Positions 37,269 to 46,787 of a stretch of DNA of 64,000 bases are shown here, piece after piece. Every line of letters starts with the position of its first letter. The first letter of the stretch is position 1. Source of the stretch: Candidatus Latescibacterota bacterium (GTDB taxonomy: Bacteria; Latescibacterota; UBA2968; UBA8231); assembly GCA_965248265.1 (NCBI GenBank), contig CBDFJF010000002.1:2190699-2254698 (forward strand). Direction: 5' to 3'. Below the pieces are notes generated by a model. The model was not told the DNA's origin. It made no database searches and saw nothing but the letters and a program-made list of their open reading frames with translations. The position numbers and the translations under genes were made by a program.

Positions 37269-37325
37269 CAGGCGGCATTACAGAATTCTCAGCGAAACAG
37301 GAGCCACGGCAGCTTCTGAAGCTCT

Positions 37326-39903
37326 CATGGTATATCTGATATTCTTCATCTCCGGCATCAGCGGTCTCGTGTATCAGGTCATATGGATCCGGCAGTTTGG
37401 ATTGGTCTTCGGCAATACCATCTATTCGTCCTCCATCGTCATCGGCACGTTCATGCTGGGCCTCGGGCTTGGCAGCTATGTAATTGGCTCATTCGCCGAC
37501 AAGAAGTACCGCCAGGGCCCCTCGCACGCATTGAAGCTGTACGCGATTTCGGAGGTCTTGATAGCCGGCCTCGGCCTGAGCATAGCCGTTTTGCTGCTCC
37601 ATCTGGAAGGGCTGTCGAGTACGATCACCGCCTACAGCACCGGAGAGCACGGTTGGCACTATGTCACCTTCTCATCCTATCTGATGAGGTATGTCATCGC
37701 GGTTGTCACCGTCTTTCCGATCACCTTTGTGATGGGAGGTACCCTTACCCTTCTCATCCGATTCTTGGTAAGAGCGAATCTCTTAAATGCGGGCTGGCAT
37801 GTCGGTCTACTCTATGGATTGAACACGGCGGGTGCGGCTCTGGGTTGTATCCTCGTTGACTTCTTCGCCATCCCCAACTTCGGCCTGTTCAGTGCCCAGG
37901 CTCTCGCCGCCCTGCTCAATCTGATCGCGGCCCTCGGTGCCTTATGGATGTTGAGGATTCAACGGCGTGAGCCTCAAGATGATCCCAGCCGCGATGCTCC
38001 AGGCGAGACTTCGGTCCGCGGCGATCGAAATCGTTCATTCACCTTCGTCGTCGTAGCTATTGTCCTGTCCGGTTTTGCCGCCATGGGAATGGAGATCGTC
38101 TGGTTCCGATTCTTGACCAGCGCTGTCGGACAACTCCGATCCGTATACTCCATAGTGCTCATGGTCGTACTGATCGGAATCTGGATCGGGTCCATGGCTG
38201 GAGGACATCTCACGCGTGTCTTCAAAAGGCCCGCCGATCTGTACATCCTCTCTCAGTTGCTGTTCGCGTTGACCTCTCTGATCGCCTTCTTGATCGTCGA
38301 CGGTGGCTCGTACGGATTCGATCAACGACATCTACGGTCATCGACCACCTTGACCCACATCTGGTCTATTCTGCATCCGACATTGGTGTTGATGTTTGTC
38401 CCGTCGGTGTTCATGGGAGTCGCGTTTCCTCTCGCGAATGCTATCGTCCAAGACAGTGAACACCAGGTCGGCCGCAGAGCCGGAGTGCTCTATCTGGCCA
38501 ATACCCTCGGTGCTCTGGGTGGAAGCATTCTGTCGGGTTTCGCTCTGTTGCCCATGCTGGGGATGAAGTGGAGCATACTGACGCTCCTGACCGTGGCAGC
38601 TCTGGTTGCAATCCCGCTCCTCCTCCTCTCCGACTCGGAAGAGAAAAAGACCACACCGAGCAGAAGACCTCTCAAACCGGCCATGGTGATGCTGTCTGCG
38701 ATGCTGATCGCCGCTCTCGTAAAATGGTGCCTGCTTCCCGCTGACACTCTGCTCAAGAGCTCCGTGGCCAGGGAGGGCAAGTCGTACTTCAAGCATCCCT
38801 ACCTCGTGAAAACGAGCGAGGGCATCCTCGAAACCATCGTTATATTGAATTTGCCGCGCGGTGAAAGAGCCCTGATCACCAATGGACACCTCATGTCCAG
38901 TACGAACCGGCAAACCCAGCGTTATATGAGGGCCTTTTCACACATTCCCCTGCTGCACCTGAGCGAACCCACGAACGCTCTGGTGATCTGCTTTGGTGTC
39001 GGGAACACGGCCCATGCGGCGGCCCTGCATCCATCCCTGACCAACATTGAGGTGGTCGAACTATCCAAGCATGTTCTCGAGCACGCAGGATACTTCAGGG
39101 AGGCCAATCAAGATGTCCTGAACGATCCCCGGGTTTCGGTATTCGTGAACGACGGGCGACAGCATTTGCGGATGCAGGAGCGTGACAAGTACGACCTCGT
39201 TACTCTGGAACCCCCGCCGATCAAGCACGCCGGAACCGCTTCACTCTACTCCCGTGAATTTTTCGAGTTGGTCAGAAGTCGCCTCAAGTCCGGAGGATTC
39301 CTGACGCAGTATTTGCCACTGAGCCAACAGCCCGCACCCATCATCAAGTCGATGATCCGCTCCTTCGTCGATGTATTTCCACATACGATTATGCTTTCCG
39401 GTGCCACGAGCGAGTGTATTCTGGTCGGGCGGAAAGATGAAAGAATTGATCTCGAGCCGGCCTCAGTGAGTGCGAGAATAGCTCGAAACCCGAAGCTGCA
39501 GCAGGATCTGAGCAAGATACGGATCAACTCTCTGACTGACATCGCTGGTATGTTCGTAGCGGATTCCGAGTCGCTGTCGGAGGCGGTCGAAGATGTCGCG
39601 CCGGTTACCGACGATTTTCCCATCATGGAGTACGGCACGGCGGGCTCTCATGATCCAGCTCCGCCAATCGACCTGATCAAGACCTGGAGGGCCAAATCGT
39701 GGTGCGCCAGCTGCTATGAAGAAGGGAGTCCAATCCCGGAACTTGCCGACCTGGATATCTATCTCCGGCTGATACAGGCGGTATTCGCAGAAAAGGCGAG
39801 AGACCCCACATCACCGAGTTATCTGTTGAAGATCGACAGTCCAAACATCATCAGAACCATCGAAAGCCATCCATTCCTGCAATCACTGTTCACCAAGAGA
39901 TAG
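37326..39903 (+). CDS. fused MFS-like polytopic membrane domain / spermidine-synthase-like (PABS, SAM-MTase fold) protein
   Basis: Start MVYLIFFISGISGLVYQVIWIRQF (ATG 37326, RBS AGGAG). About 12 TM helices, followed by ...ALVICFGVGNTAHAAALHP..IEVVELSKHV...VFVNDGRQHL...YDLVTLEPPP (spermine/spermidine synthase fold). The 69 codons upstream in the track ORF overlap the UnbV remnant and are rejected. Confidence 0.7.
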
Positions 39904-39907
39904 CCAA

Positions 39908-40040
39908 AACGGATAGCAACGATCTCTTTAGGCCATTACCAATAGTCCAAAACGGCGGTTGAGTGCTTGGTTGGTGCGATTGGGGTGTGGGTGGGATGGT
40001 TTGGCGGGGGATGGGTGTCGTGGTCTGGCGACGACGGGCG
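39908..40040 (+). repeat. Repeat family R3, copy b
   Basis: Begins 5 nt after the stop of the fused MFS/spermidine-synthase gene. ~85% identical to 36790-36920. Confidence 0.7.
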
Positions 40041-40159
40041 CCCGGTGGGGAAGGTGGGGGCGGATTTTCTGCGATCTTAGCCGGTTTTGAGGCCGACGGA
40101 TCAGAGCTGGACGCAGCCGTGCCCGGGCGCGCGGCCGTCGCATGTGCCGTGGCCTGGAT

Positions 40160-40690
40160 TCAACCGCGCTGAACTCGAGCTTGGTTTGCGGCGGTGATCT
40201 CGGTGGCGCGATGGGTGGCGGTTGATCGGGCAGGACCCACGCCCTGCAGGTATCGACGAATGGAGGCGGGCTCGGTAAGGGCGGCGATGACCCGCATGCG
40301 TCCGCCACAGCGATCGCAGGTGCTGACGTCGATGGAAAAAACCCTCGCCAGCAGGACAGCCCACGCGAGTCTTTGCGGCATGTGGTGGGGGCACGGATCG
40401 CGGTCCTCGCCGCACGGCTCGGGGGGCTCCTGCTGCGGCACGATCTTGTCGCGGTCGCGGGCGCTGGGGGCGAGGATGCCATGATAGCGGATGAGATTGA
40501 CCCGGGGTGGAGGCACGAGGGCGGCGAGTTTTTCCAGCAACTCATGGGGCGTGACACCGTGCACGGAGGCGGCGGTGAGGGCGGCCAGCAGGGGCTCCTA
40601 GTCGGCGAGGGGATCGGCCTGGGAATCGTCGAGCAGGCCGCGTTTGGTGCACAGCCGGATGACGCGACGAGCCGTGGTCTCGACGATCTG
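40160..40690 (-). mobile_element. IS91-family (HUH-Y2 rolling-circle) transposase gene fragment: C-terminal ~175 codons with an internal TAG; pseudogene
   Basis: The minus frame reads ...LRQIVETTARRVIRLCTKRGLLDDSQADPLAD*EPLLAALTAASVHG...NLIRYHGILAPSARDRDKIV...RLAWAVLLARVFSIDVSTCDRCGGRMRVIAALTEPASIRRYLQGVG.... These are hallmark C-terminal blocks of IS91/ISCR Y2 transposases (AASVQGR, RIRYYGFLANR, CP.CGG.MR.IA.I). The N-terminal two thirds (Zn-finger, HUH, catalytic Tyr pair) are missing; the fragment ends at the junction with the duplicated AKR 3' end. Confidence 0.65.
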
Positions 40691-40728
40691 CCGCAGTGAC
40701 CGGCGTCGCTCTTGGATTGAACGCTGCT

Positions 40729-41697
40729 TCAGTTTCCAACAGGTTCAGCAATGTGCCCGAATGTTTGCCCAAGTCGTGAGATCGCAGCCGGCGGCAGCGG
40801 GCCCTTCTCAATGATCTGCACGTCCTCCTCCAACTCGGCGGTCTCGATCGTACCGCACATGACGGTGGATACGGGGTCGGTATACGCTGCGTAGCGGTAA
40901 GCAGCCTCGACCAGCGACTTGCACTTCCCCAGTTCGAGCAACCAGCCCAGTGGGTCATCGTCCGGTATGGCGTTCTGGTCGAGAATTCTCCGCTGCTTCA
41001 AATCGGAGAGAACCTCCTTCAGACGTGGCGGATTCCAAAACAAATTGCGCACGGTAAAGACATTGATCACACCGATGCTCTTTTCCTGGCAGAGAGGAAA
41101 AACCGAATGGCGCGCAGATTGGTTGATCATGTTGTGGCCCACCATGGCGACTTCGATCCGATCGGTCGGCAGTATCCTTTGCAGCCATAGGTGCGCGCCG
41201 TCGGTGACTGTCTGTTCGCTGGAACCCAGGAAGCGGATTTTACCCTGCTGCTTGACCTTTTCCAGTTCAGGGATCAGCTCCTGGATCACCATGTCGAAAT
41301 GCTCGGGTACGTCCGCTACGCCGATGAGCATGACATCGATATAATCCATGTTGAGGCGTCGCAGACTGTCCTCGACCGCCGGAGCCACGTCCGACGGTTT
41401 CATGAAATTCACCTGCCCGTTGGGCATCGAACCAGCCAGGGCAATCTTCGTGGTGACGACAAGCTGATCGCGTGGCAGACTGGCCAGCGCGCGACCGAGT
41501 ACGTGTTCGCTGCGACCGGACCCATATCCGGGTGACGTGTCAAACAATCGGATCCCCAGGTCGAATGCGCGGTGCAACAGCGCTACCATCTCGGACTCCG
41601 GGCGGCCGCTTTCCGAGCCCAGCGGATCGTGGCCGCCGGTCCCCATGCCCAGTAACGATACCTTGAGTCCGGTCCTACCTAGCGAACGGTAGATCAT
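40729..41697 (-). CDS. aldo/keto reductase
   Basis: 322 aa: MIYRSLGRTGLKVSLLGMGTGG... AKR TIM barrel. Confidence 0.8.
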   Translation of the reverse strand: MIYRSLGRTGLKVSLLGMGTGGHDPLGSESGRPESEMVALLHRAFDLGIRLFDTSPGYGSGRSEHVLGRALASLPRDQLVVTTKIALAGSMPNGQVNFMKPSDVAPAVEDSLRRLNMDYIDVMLIGVADVPEHFDMVIQELIPELEKVKQQGKIRFLGSSEQTVTDGAHLWLQRILPTDRIEVAMVGHNMINQSARHSVFPLCQEKSIGVINVFTVRNLFWNPPRLKEVLSDLKQRRILDQNAIPDDDPLGWLLELGKCKSLVEAAYRYAAYTDPVSTVMCGTIETAELEEDVQIIEKGPLPPAAISRLGQTFGHIAEPVGN

Positions 41698-41862
41698 CCT
41701 GAATCCTCCTCCTGCGCTCCAGCGCCTTGACAGAGAATCGATTATAGGCCCTTATACTCCTGACGGTCGGAGCGCGAAACACAGATGCTGTGACGGTAAA
41801 CGACGACTTGGCGCACCTACGCGCCCCTCAAAGGTGATACGACACGCGGGCTGCAATGCGCA

Positions 41863-43008
41863 TTGAATCACCCTATCTGTCTAGGAGAAAAGAGTTTGAC
41901 TGACCCGAACGCCGAAGGGAAGTACCGAGTCGGAGCCATAGGCATCGGCAGGAAAGGGGCCCAGCATGCGAGGGCCTACCGTATCCACCCGTCGACGAGG
42001 ATCGTCGCGGCCGCCGACAACGACGAAGAGAATCTGGAGATATTCTGCCGCAGGTTCAACATTCCCGGTTATGCCGACCACCGGGAGATGTTGGAGAAGG
42101 AAGAGCTAGATATCGCGGCCCCTGTCTTGCCGGTGCAGCCGAACCCGGCCGTTGTCCTGGACTGCGCCGAGGCAGGCGTCAAGGCCATCCTGTGCGAGAA
42201 GCCCATCGCCGCCAGCCTGGAGGACGCCGATCGCATGGTGGCCGCGTGCAAGTCGAGGGGCATTAAGTTCGGCTCCGGCGACCTCGACGTCAACCTGCCC
42301 GATCATGCGAAAGCGCGAGGCATTATCGACTCGGGCGAACTCGGAGACGTGAAGAGCGTCACGTTCTACAGCGGCAGCGGCACTGAGATGTCGGGTGGGG
42401 GCTGCCAGCTATTCAGCCTCATGAGATTTTATGCCGGAAGCGTCGACGTGGCCTGGATGATAGGATGGGTTGCACACGACCCATGGAGCGACTACGACCA
42501 GGGCGGGGCGGGGTACGTGCGCTTCGTCAACGGCGTTGAGGGGTTCATCCACCGGGAGAGCGATTCCAGGACCGGCCTCGAAGTCGCTCTCACCGGAGGG
42601 GTCATCAGATACGCCGACACCATGGTCAGCATGTGGAAGGCCGATGGGTCGGGGGGGTATGACAAGGTCGATGCGGGGTTCCGCGAGACTCCCATGAGGA
42701 CGAGCGCCTCCTATGAACCCGACGGCTGGAAGTGGCCCGGCGACAGAAACCTGGCGAGCGTTGATGGCACCGTCGACGCCCTGGAGAACGACACTGAGCC
42801 AATAGGTAGCGGGGACAACGGGCGTCGCGTTCTGGAGATGGCCATCGCGATAAGGGAGTCCCACCGACAAGGGCACGCGCCCGTACGACTCCCTTTAGAG
42901 GACCGCAGCCTGCGAATGATTCCCAGCCGGTCGCGCTGGCAGTACAAGAAGCCACAAATGGGTCGGGAGGCGTACATGAGCCAGATCGCTGCGCAGGTAA
43001 GGGACTGA
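41863..43008 (+). CDS. Gfo/Idh/MocA family oxidoreductase
   Basis: ...KYRVGAIGIGRKGAQHARAY... The start may instead be the TTG at 41896, which follows GGAGAAAAGAG. Confidence 0.75.
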   Translation: MNHPICLGEKSLTDPNAEGKYRVGAIGIGRKGAQHARAYRIHPSTRIVAAADNDEENLEIFCRRFNIPGYADHREMLEKEELDIAAPVLPVQPNPAVVLDCAEAGVKAILCEKPIAASLEDADRMVAACKSRGIKFGSGDLDVNLPDHAKARGIIDSGELGDVKSVTFYSGSGTEMSGGGCQLFSLMRFYAGSVDVAWMIGWVAHDPWSDYDQGGAGYVRFVNGVEGFIHRESDSRTGLEVALTGGVIRYADTMVSMWKADGSGGYDKVDAGFRETPMRTSASYEPDGWKWPGDRNLASVDGTVDALENDTEPIGSGDNGRRVLEMAIAIRESHRQGHAPVRLPLEDRSLRMIPSRSRWQYKKPQMGREAYMSQIAAQVRD

Positions 43009-43188
43009 CGGAACACCATTCCCGTTGGCCGTAGCGGGCGCTTGTGCCGGATAATCGCCTTCAGCGAGAAAGGCGGAGAACGAGGATAGAATGGGTAGTA
43101 TTCGTGCCCACGTCTTGAGTGCTCGCGTCAATCGTATTCGATCTTCCCTTCTCAACTGCTTAATTTCTCGAACTGAGGGGTATCCGCA

Positions 43189-44781
43189 ATGTCACCGTCG
43201 ACATCAGTCACGACTAATTCGCTGACGGTTGCCATTCTCGCTTTTTTGTGCGCCTGTACTCAGGAGGTGGACCTCGGCGACTCCCGACGTCCGGACCTCG
43301 TCGAGTCAGTCCCGGGAACGACAGCCGCCGGGTCGGAGGATGCCGTCATCGCACTGCGCAGAAGCCTGATGGCTGCTCCGCTGTCCGTGACGCGACTCTA
43401 TATCACGGAGGACGCCACCGATCCGCGCCCACCCCCGGGAGGGATCTTGCGACTCAGAGCCCAAGTGCGGGCCGACTCCAGCAATCACCCGGCCCGATTT
43501 GCCCTTGCAGAAGCGTTGCGCCGGGACCGTGACTACGCAGGAGCCGAAGAGCACTACAGAGAGGCGATCCGTCTCAGGAGCGGCCATACCGAGTCTTACG
43601 TGGGCTTGGCGAGGCTGTTCATCTCATTGTCACGCGACGATGACGCCGCCGAGATCCTGGAGGCCGCCGCCAACGCCGCCGGACCAACCCTTGAATTTCA
43701 CTCGCTTCGTGGCACCCTCGCCCTGCGGCTGGAGCGATACGATCAGGCTTTGGCTTCCTTCCATGAGGTCGTCGACATGGATCCGTCACGCGACCGCGCC
43801 CACTACGATCTCGCCGGCGTCCTCGAACGTCAGGGTTCGATGTCCACCGCGATTTCCGCCCTGCGGCAGGGGCTGGCTCACATTCCCGGGAGTATAGAGC
43901 TGAGTCTGAGACTCGCCGAGCTGCTGGCAGCCACGGGAGACCACGATCAGGCCCTCGAGCAGCTGCGACAACTCATCGAGGCGAATCCTTTGACGCGCGC
44001 CTACCTCGCCAGCGCCAGGATCCACCGGCAGCGTGGTGACATGAAGTCCGCTCGTGATGCGGTCGACGAGGGTCTCGAAATCGAATCCTCGTACGCTGAC
44101 CTGATCGCCGAGCTCGGAATTCTACTCGTCGAGGAGGGAGAGGATGAGGAGGCGATCCCCCATCTCGAACGTGCCATCAGCAGCGATCCAGATCTGCTCC
44201 AGGCGTGCTCGGCCCTGGGCCTCGCTTACGAACGCACCGGTGATCTCCATCGGGCCCAGCTTGTCAAGGAATACACCGAACACCTGCGCGACCACAAAGA
44301 GGCGCTGCGCGCGCTCAAGACTTCGATTGCTCTGGACAAGCGTGACGCGGCCGCCTTTTTCGCCATCGGAGACCTCTACACCCACTTGGTGAGGCCTGTG
44401 GCGGCCGCTCAGGCGCTGGAGGTCGGCCTGCAGATCGTCCCCGACAACATCGAGGCGCTCAGCAACCTCGGACTCGTTTTTCTCAACCTCCAGCGGCTGC
44501 CGCGCGCTATCGAGACATACGAGAAGGTGATCGCCCTCGACTCGACCTCGGTGTCGGCCCATGCCAACCTCGCCAGCGCCCTCGCCGTCAGCGGTGAATC
44601 CGAGCGGGCGATCGCCGCATTCCAGCGCGCCCTGGCCCTGAAACCGGATTTAGCACCGGCACATCTGGGATTAGCCCGCCTCTATGAGAAGCTGGGGCGA
44701 GCGGAGGAAGCGCAGGCGGCCCGGTCCGAATTCGAAAGACTCGGAGAATCCGCTATGCGTGGGGCTGCCGAGGCTCCCTGA
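43189..44781 (+). CDS. tetratricopeptide-repeat lipoprotein
   Basis: Signal/lipobox-like N-terminus (VAILAFLCACTQ) followed by repeated TPR-like A/L-rich 34-mers over ~500 aa. Confidence 0.65.
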   Translation: MSPSTSVTTNSLTVAILAFLCACTQEVDLGDSRRPDLVESVPGTTAAGSEDAVIALRRSLMAAPLSVTRLYITEDATDPRPPPGGILRLRAQVRADSSNHPARFALAEALRRDRDYAGAEEHYREAIRLRSGHTESYVGLARLFISLSRDDDAAEILEAAANAAGPTLEFHSLRGTLALRLERYDQALASFHEVVDMDPSRDRAHYDLAGVLERQGSMSTAISALRQGLAHIPGSIELSLRLAELLAATGDHDQALEQLRQLIEANPLTRAYLASARIHRQRGDMKSARDAVDEGLEIESSYADLIAELGILLVEEGEDEEAIPHLERAISSDPDLLQACSALGLAYERTGDLHRAQLVKEYTEHLRDHKEALRALKTSIALDKRDAAAFFAIGDLYTHLVRPVAAAQALEVGLQIVPDNIEALSNLGLVFLNLQRLPRAIETYEKVIALDSTSVSAHANLASALAVSGESERAIAAFQRALALKPDLAPAHLGLARLYEKLGRAEEAQAARSEFERLGESAMRGAAEAP

Positions 44782-44860
44782 CCACTGCACGAAACCCGTA
44801 GCTATCTCGATCACTGATCTCGCCTGCCCACGAAACTGACGCTCTACCGACGAGGAAGAC

Positions 44861-46768
44861 ATGGAAAAAATCACCGCCACGGTACCCGTAACCGCCCCAC
44901 CATCATGGGCAGCCCAGCAGCGACTCCTGCTGCAGACCCTGGAGCAATCGGCGTATCCCTACTGGGATCGCTACGTCCGCGAGGACGGCGAGCTCTACTG
45001 GGACGACCGTTTTGGCGGCGGCAGCCCCGACGATTTCTACGAGGCCTTCTTCAGCTGGCCCCTCGTCTACGCGATGGGCGGCGGTAATCACCTGTTGGAG
45101 ATGGCGCATCGCGGCTGGGAAGGCATCACGCGATTGCTCACCCGTTGCGGCACCGTGCACAAGGAGTACGCCCGGGGCGAAGACCAATTCCACCAGTCCG
45201 AAAGCGACATCTTTTTCTACCACCTGTGCATGGCCGATCCCAGTAACACCAGCCTACAGATTCGCGCCCGCCGCTTCGCCGGCCTCTATCTCAACGAAGA
45301 CCCGGAGGCGATCAATTACGATCCGGAGCACAAGATTGTTCTCAGCCCGGTCAACGGATCTGGCGGTCCGCACTATCCTCCCGAGGGTTCCAAACCGGGT
45401 CTCTTCCGCGGCAGCGAGCGCTACGGTCTGCCCTCCTACGAGTTACCTGACGTGCAGTCATGGCAGGACACCGAGGACGACGACAAAGCGAGACGGCTGG
45501 GCGAAGTCATGCACGGACGCTGGGACAAGGGGGATGTCATTTCCAACCTCGGGCTCACCAGTCTGGCCACCAACGCCTTCCTGCTCACGGGCGAAGAGAA
45601 GTACCGCGACTGGGTCATCGAGTACACGGACGCCTGGATCGAGAGGGCCCGCGCCAACGACTGGATGATCCCCGACAACGTCGGCCATTCCGGCAAGGTC
45701 GGCGAGTACATCGATGGCAAATGGTACGGCGGGAAGTACGGCTGGACCCGGTTCCACGGCTGGTACAACATCCAGATGACGGCGACGGATGCCGCCGCCA
45801 ACGCCTACCTGCTGACGCGCGACGACCGTTACCTGGAACTGCCTCGGCGCCAGCTCGACCGCATTCTCGAGCTCGGCGAGGTTCGTGACATCAGCAAGGA
45901 GCACATGAGCCTGGACGTGCACTGGATCGGCCAGTTCATGGCCATGGGTGACAGAACCGAGACCTTGCTCGTCCCCTATCGCTACGGCGATTCCGGCTGG
46001 TTCGACTGGCAGCCTCCGTCACCTGTCTTCCTGGCCGCCCTGTGGAACCTCTCGATGGCGGACGAGGACTGGCAGCGCATCGAGCGCGTGCGCGAGGCCG
46101 AGGCCTACGACTGGAACGACGTCATCTCGTTCCGCAACAAGGAAGACGCCGGCCATGAGCCGCCCTGGTTGCGCTTTCTGGCTGGCGATAACCCCGATTA
46201 TCCCGAACGCTCGCTGCAGGCGAGCTACCAGCAGGTCGCCTGGCGTGTGGCCCTGGTCCGCAATGATGACGAGGTCGGCACGCACATGAACGTCCACCGC
46301 TGGCAGGAGACCAATCCGGTTTCCTCCGAGGCCCTTATCCAGCAGACCCTGGGTGCCCCGCAACCGATCTACAACGGCGGCCTCCTCCACTGCCGGCTGC
46401 GCTACTTCGATTGCCTGGCCAAACGGCCGGGCTTACCGCAAGATGTAGCCGCCCTCGTCGAGAAAGTCGAAGCCGGCCGCACGGTCGTCCGACTCATCAA
46501 CCTGAATCCACAGGAAAACCGCGAACTGATCGTGCAGGCGGGGGGTTACGGAGAGCACAGCTTCGGAGAGCTCGAGTTCAACGCCAGGACGAGCGACTAC
46601 CCGGGGCCCACGACCGACTACGCGCCCAAACCGATCACGACGGAGAAGCGCAAAGTCGCCGTCAACGACAAGCATGTGCAGGTCGCGTTGCCTGCGGGAA
46701 CCGAAATCAGTCTGGATTTGAGTACGCAGCGTTACGTCAACGAACCGACGTGTGGTGGGCCCTTCTGA
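44861..46768 (+). CDS. hypothetical protein (635 aa, cytoplasmic; W/Y-rich; possible alpha/alpha-toroid carbohydrate-active enzyme)
   Basis: Long ORF with codon usage consistent with its neighbours; no family recognised by eye. Confidence 0.45.
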   Translation: MEKITATVPVTAPPSWAAQQRLLLQTLEQSAYPYWDRYVREDGELYWDDRFGGGSPDDFYEAFFSWPLVYAMGGGNHLLEMAHRGWEGITRLLTRCGTVHKEYARGEDQFHQSESDIFFYHLCMADPSNTSLQIRARRFAGLYLNEDPEAINYDPEHKIVLSPVNGSGGPHYPPEGSKPGLFRGSERYGLPSYELPDVQSWQDTEDDDKARRLGEVMHGRWDKGDVISNLGLTSLATNAFLLTGEEKYRDWVIEYTDAWIERARANDWMIPDNVGHSGKVGEYIDGKWYGGKYGWTRFHGWYNIQMTATDAAANAYLLTRDDRYLELPRRQLDRILELGEVRDISKEHMSLDVHWIGQFMAMGDRTETLLVPYRYGDSGWFDWQPPSPVFLAALWNLSMADEDWQRIERVREAEAYDWNDVISFRNKEDAGHEPPWLRFLAGDNPDYPERSLQASYQQVAWRVALVRNDDEVGTHMNVHRWQETNPVSSEALIQQTLGAPQPIYNGGLLHCRLRYFDCLAKRPGLPQDVAALVEKVEAGRTVVRLINLNPQENRELIVQAGGYGEHSFGELEFNARTSDYPGPTTDYAPKPITTEKRKVAVNDKHVQVALPAGTEISLDLSTQRYVNEPTCGGPF

Positions 46769-46787
46769 GAGTAGCCGCGACGACCTA

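Noticed and set aside
40542-40958. 138-aa minus-strand ORF spanning the transposase-fragment/AKR junction
   Set aside because: It is in the wrong frame relative to both the IS91-type fragment and the AKR gene, and is Arg/Pro-rich GC noise.
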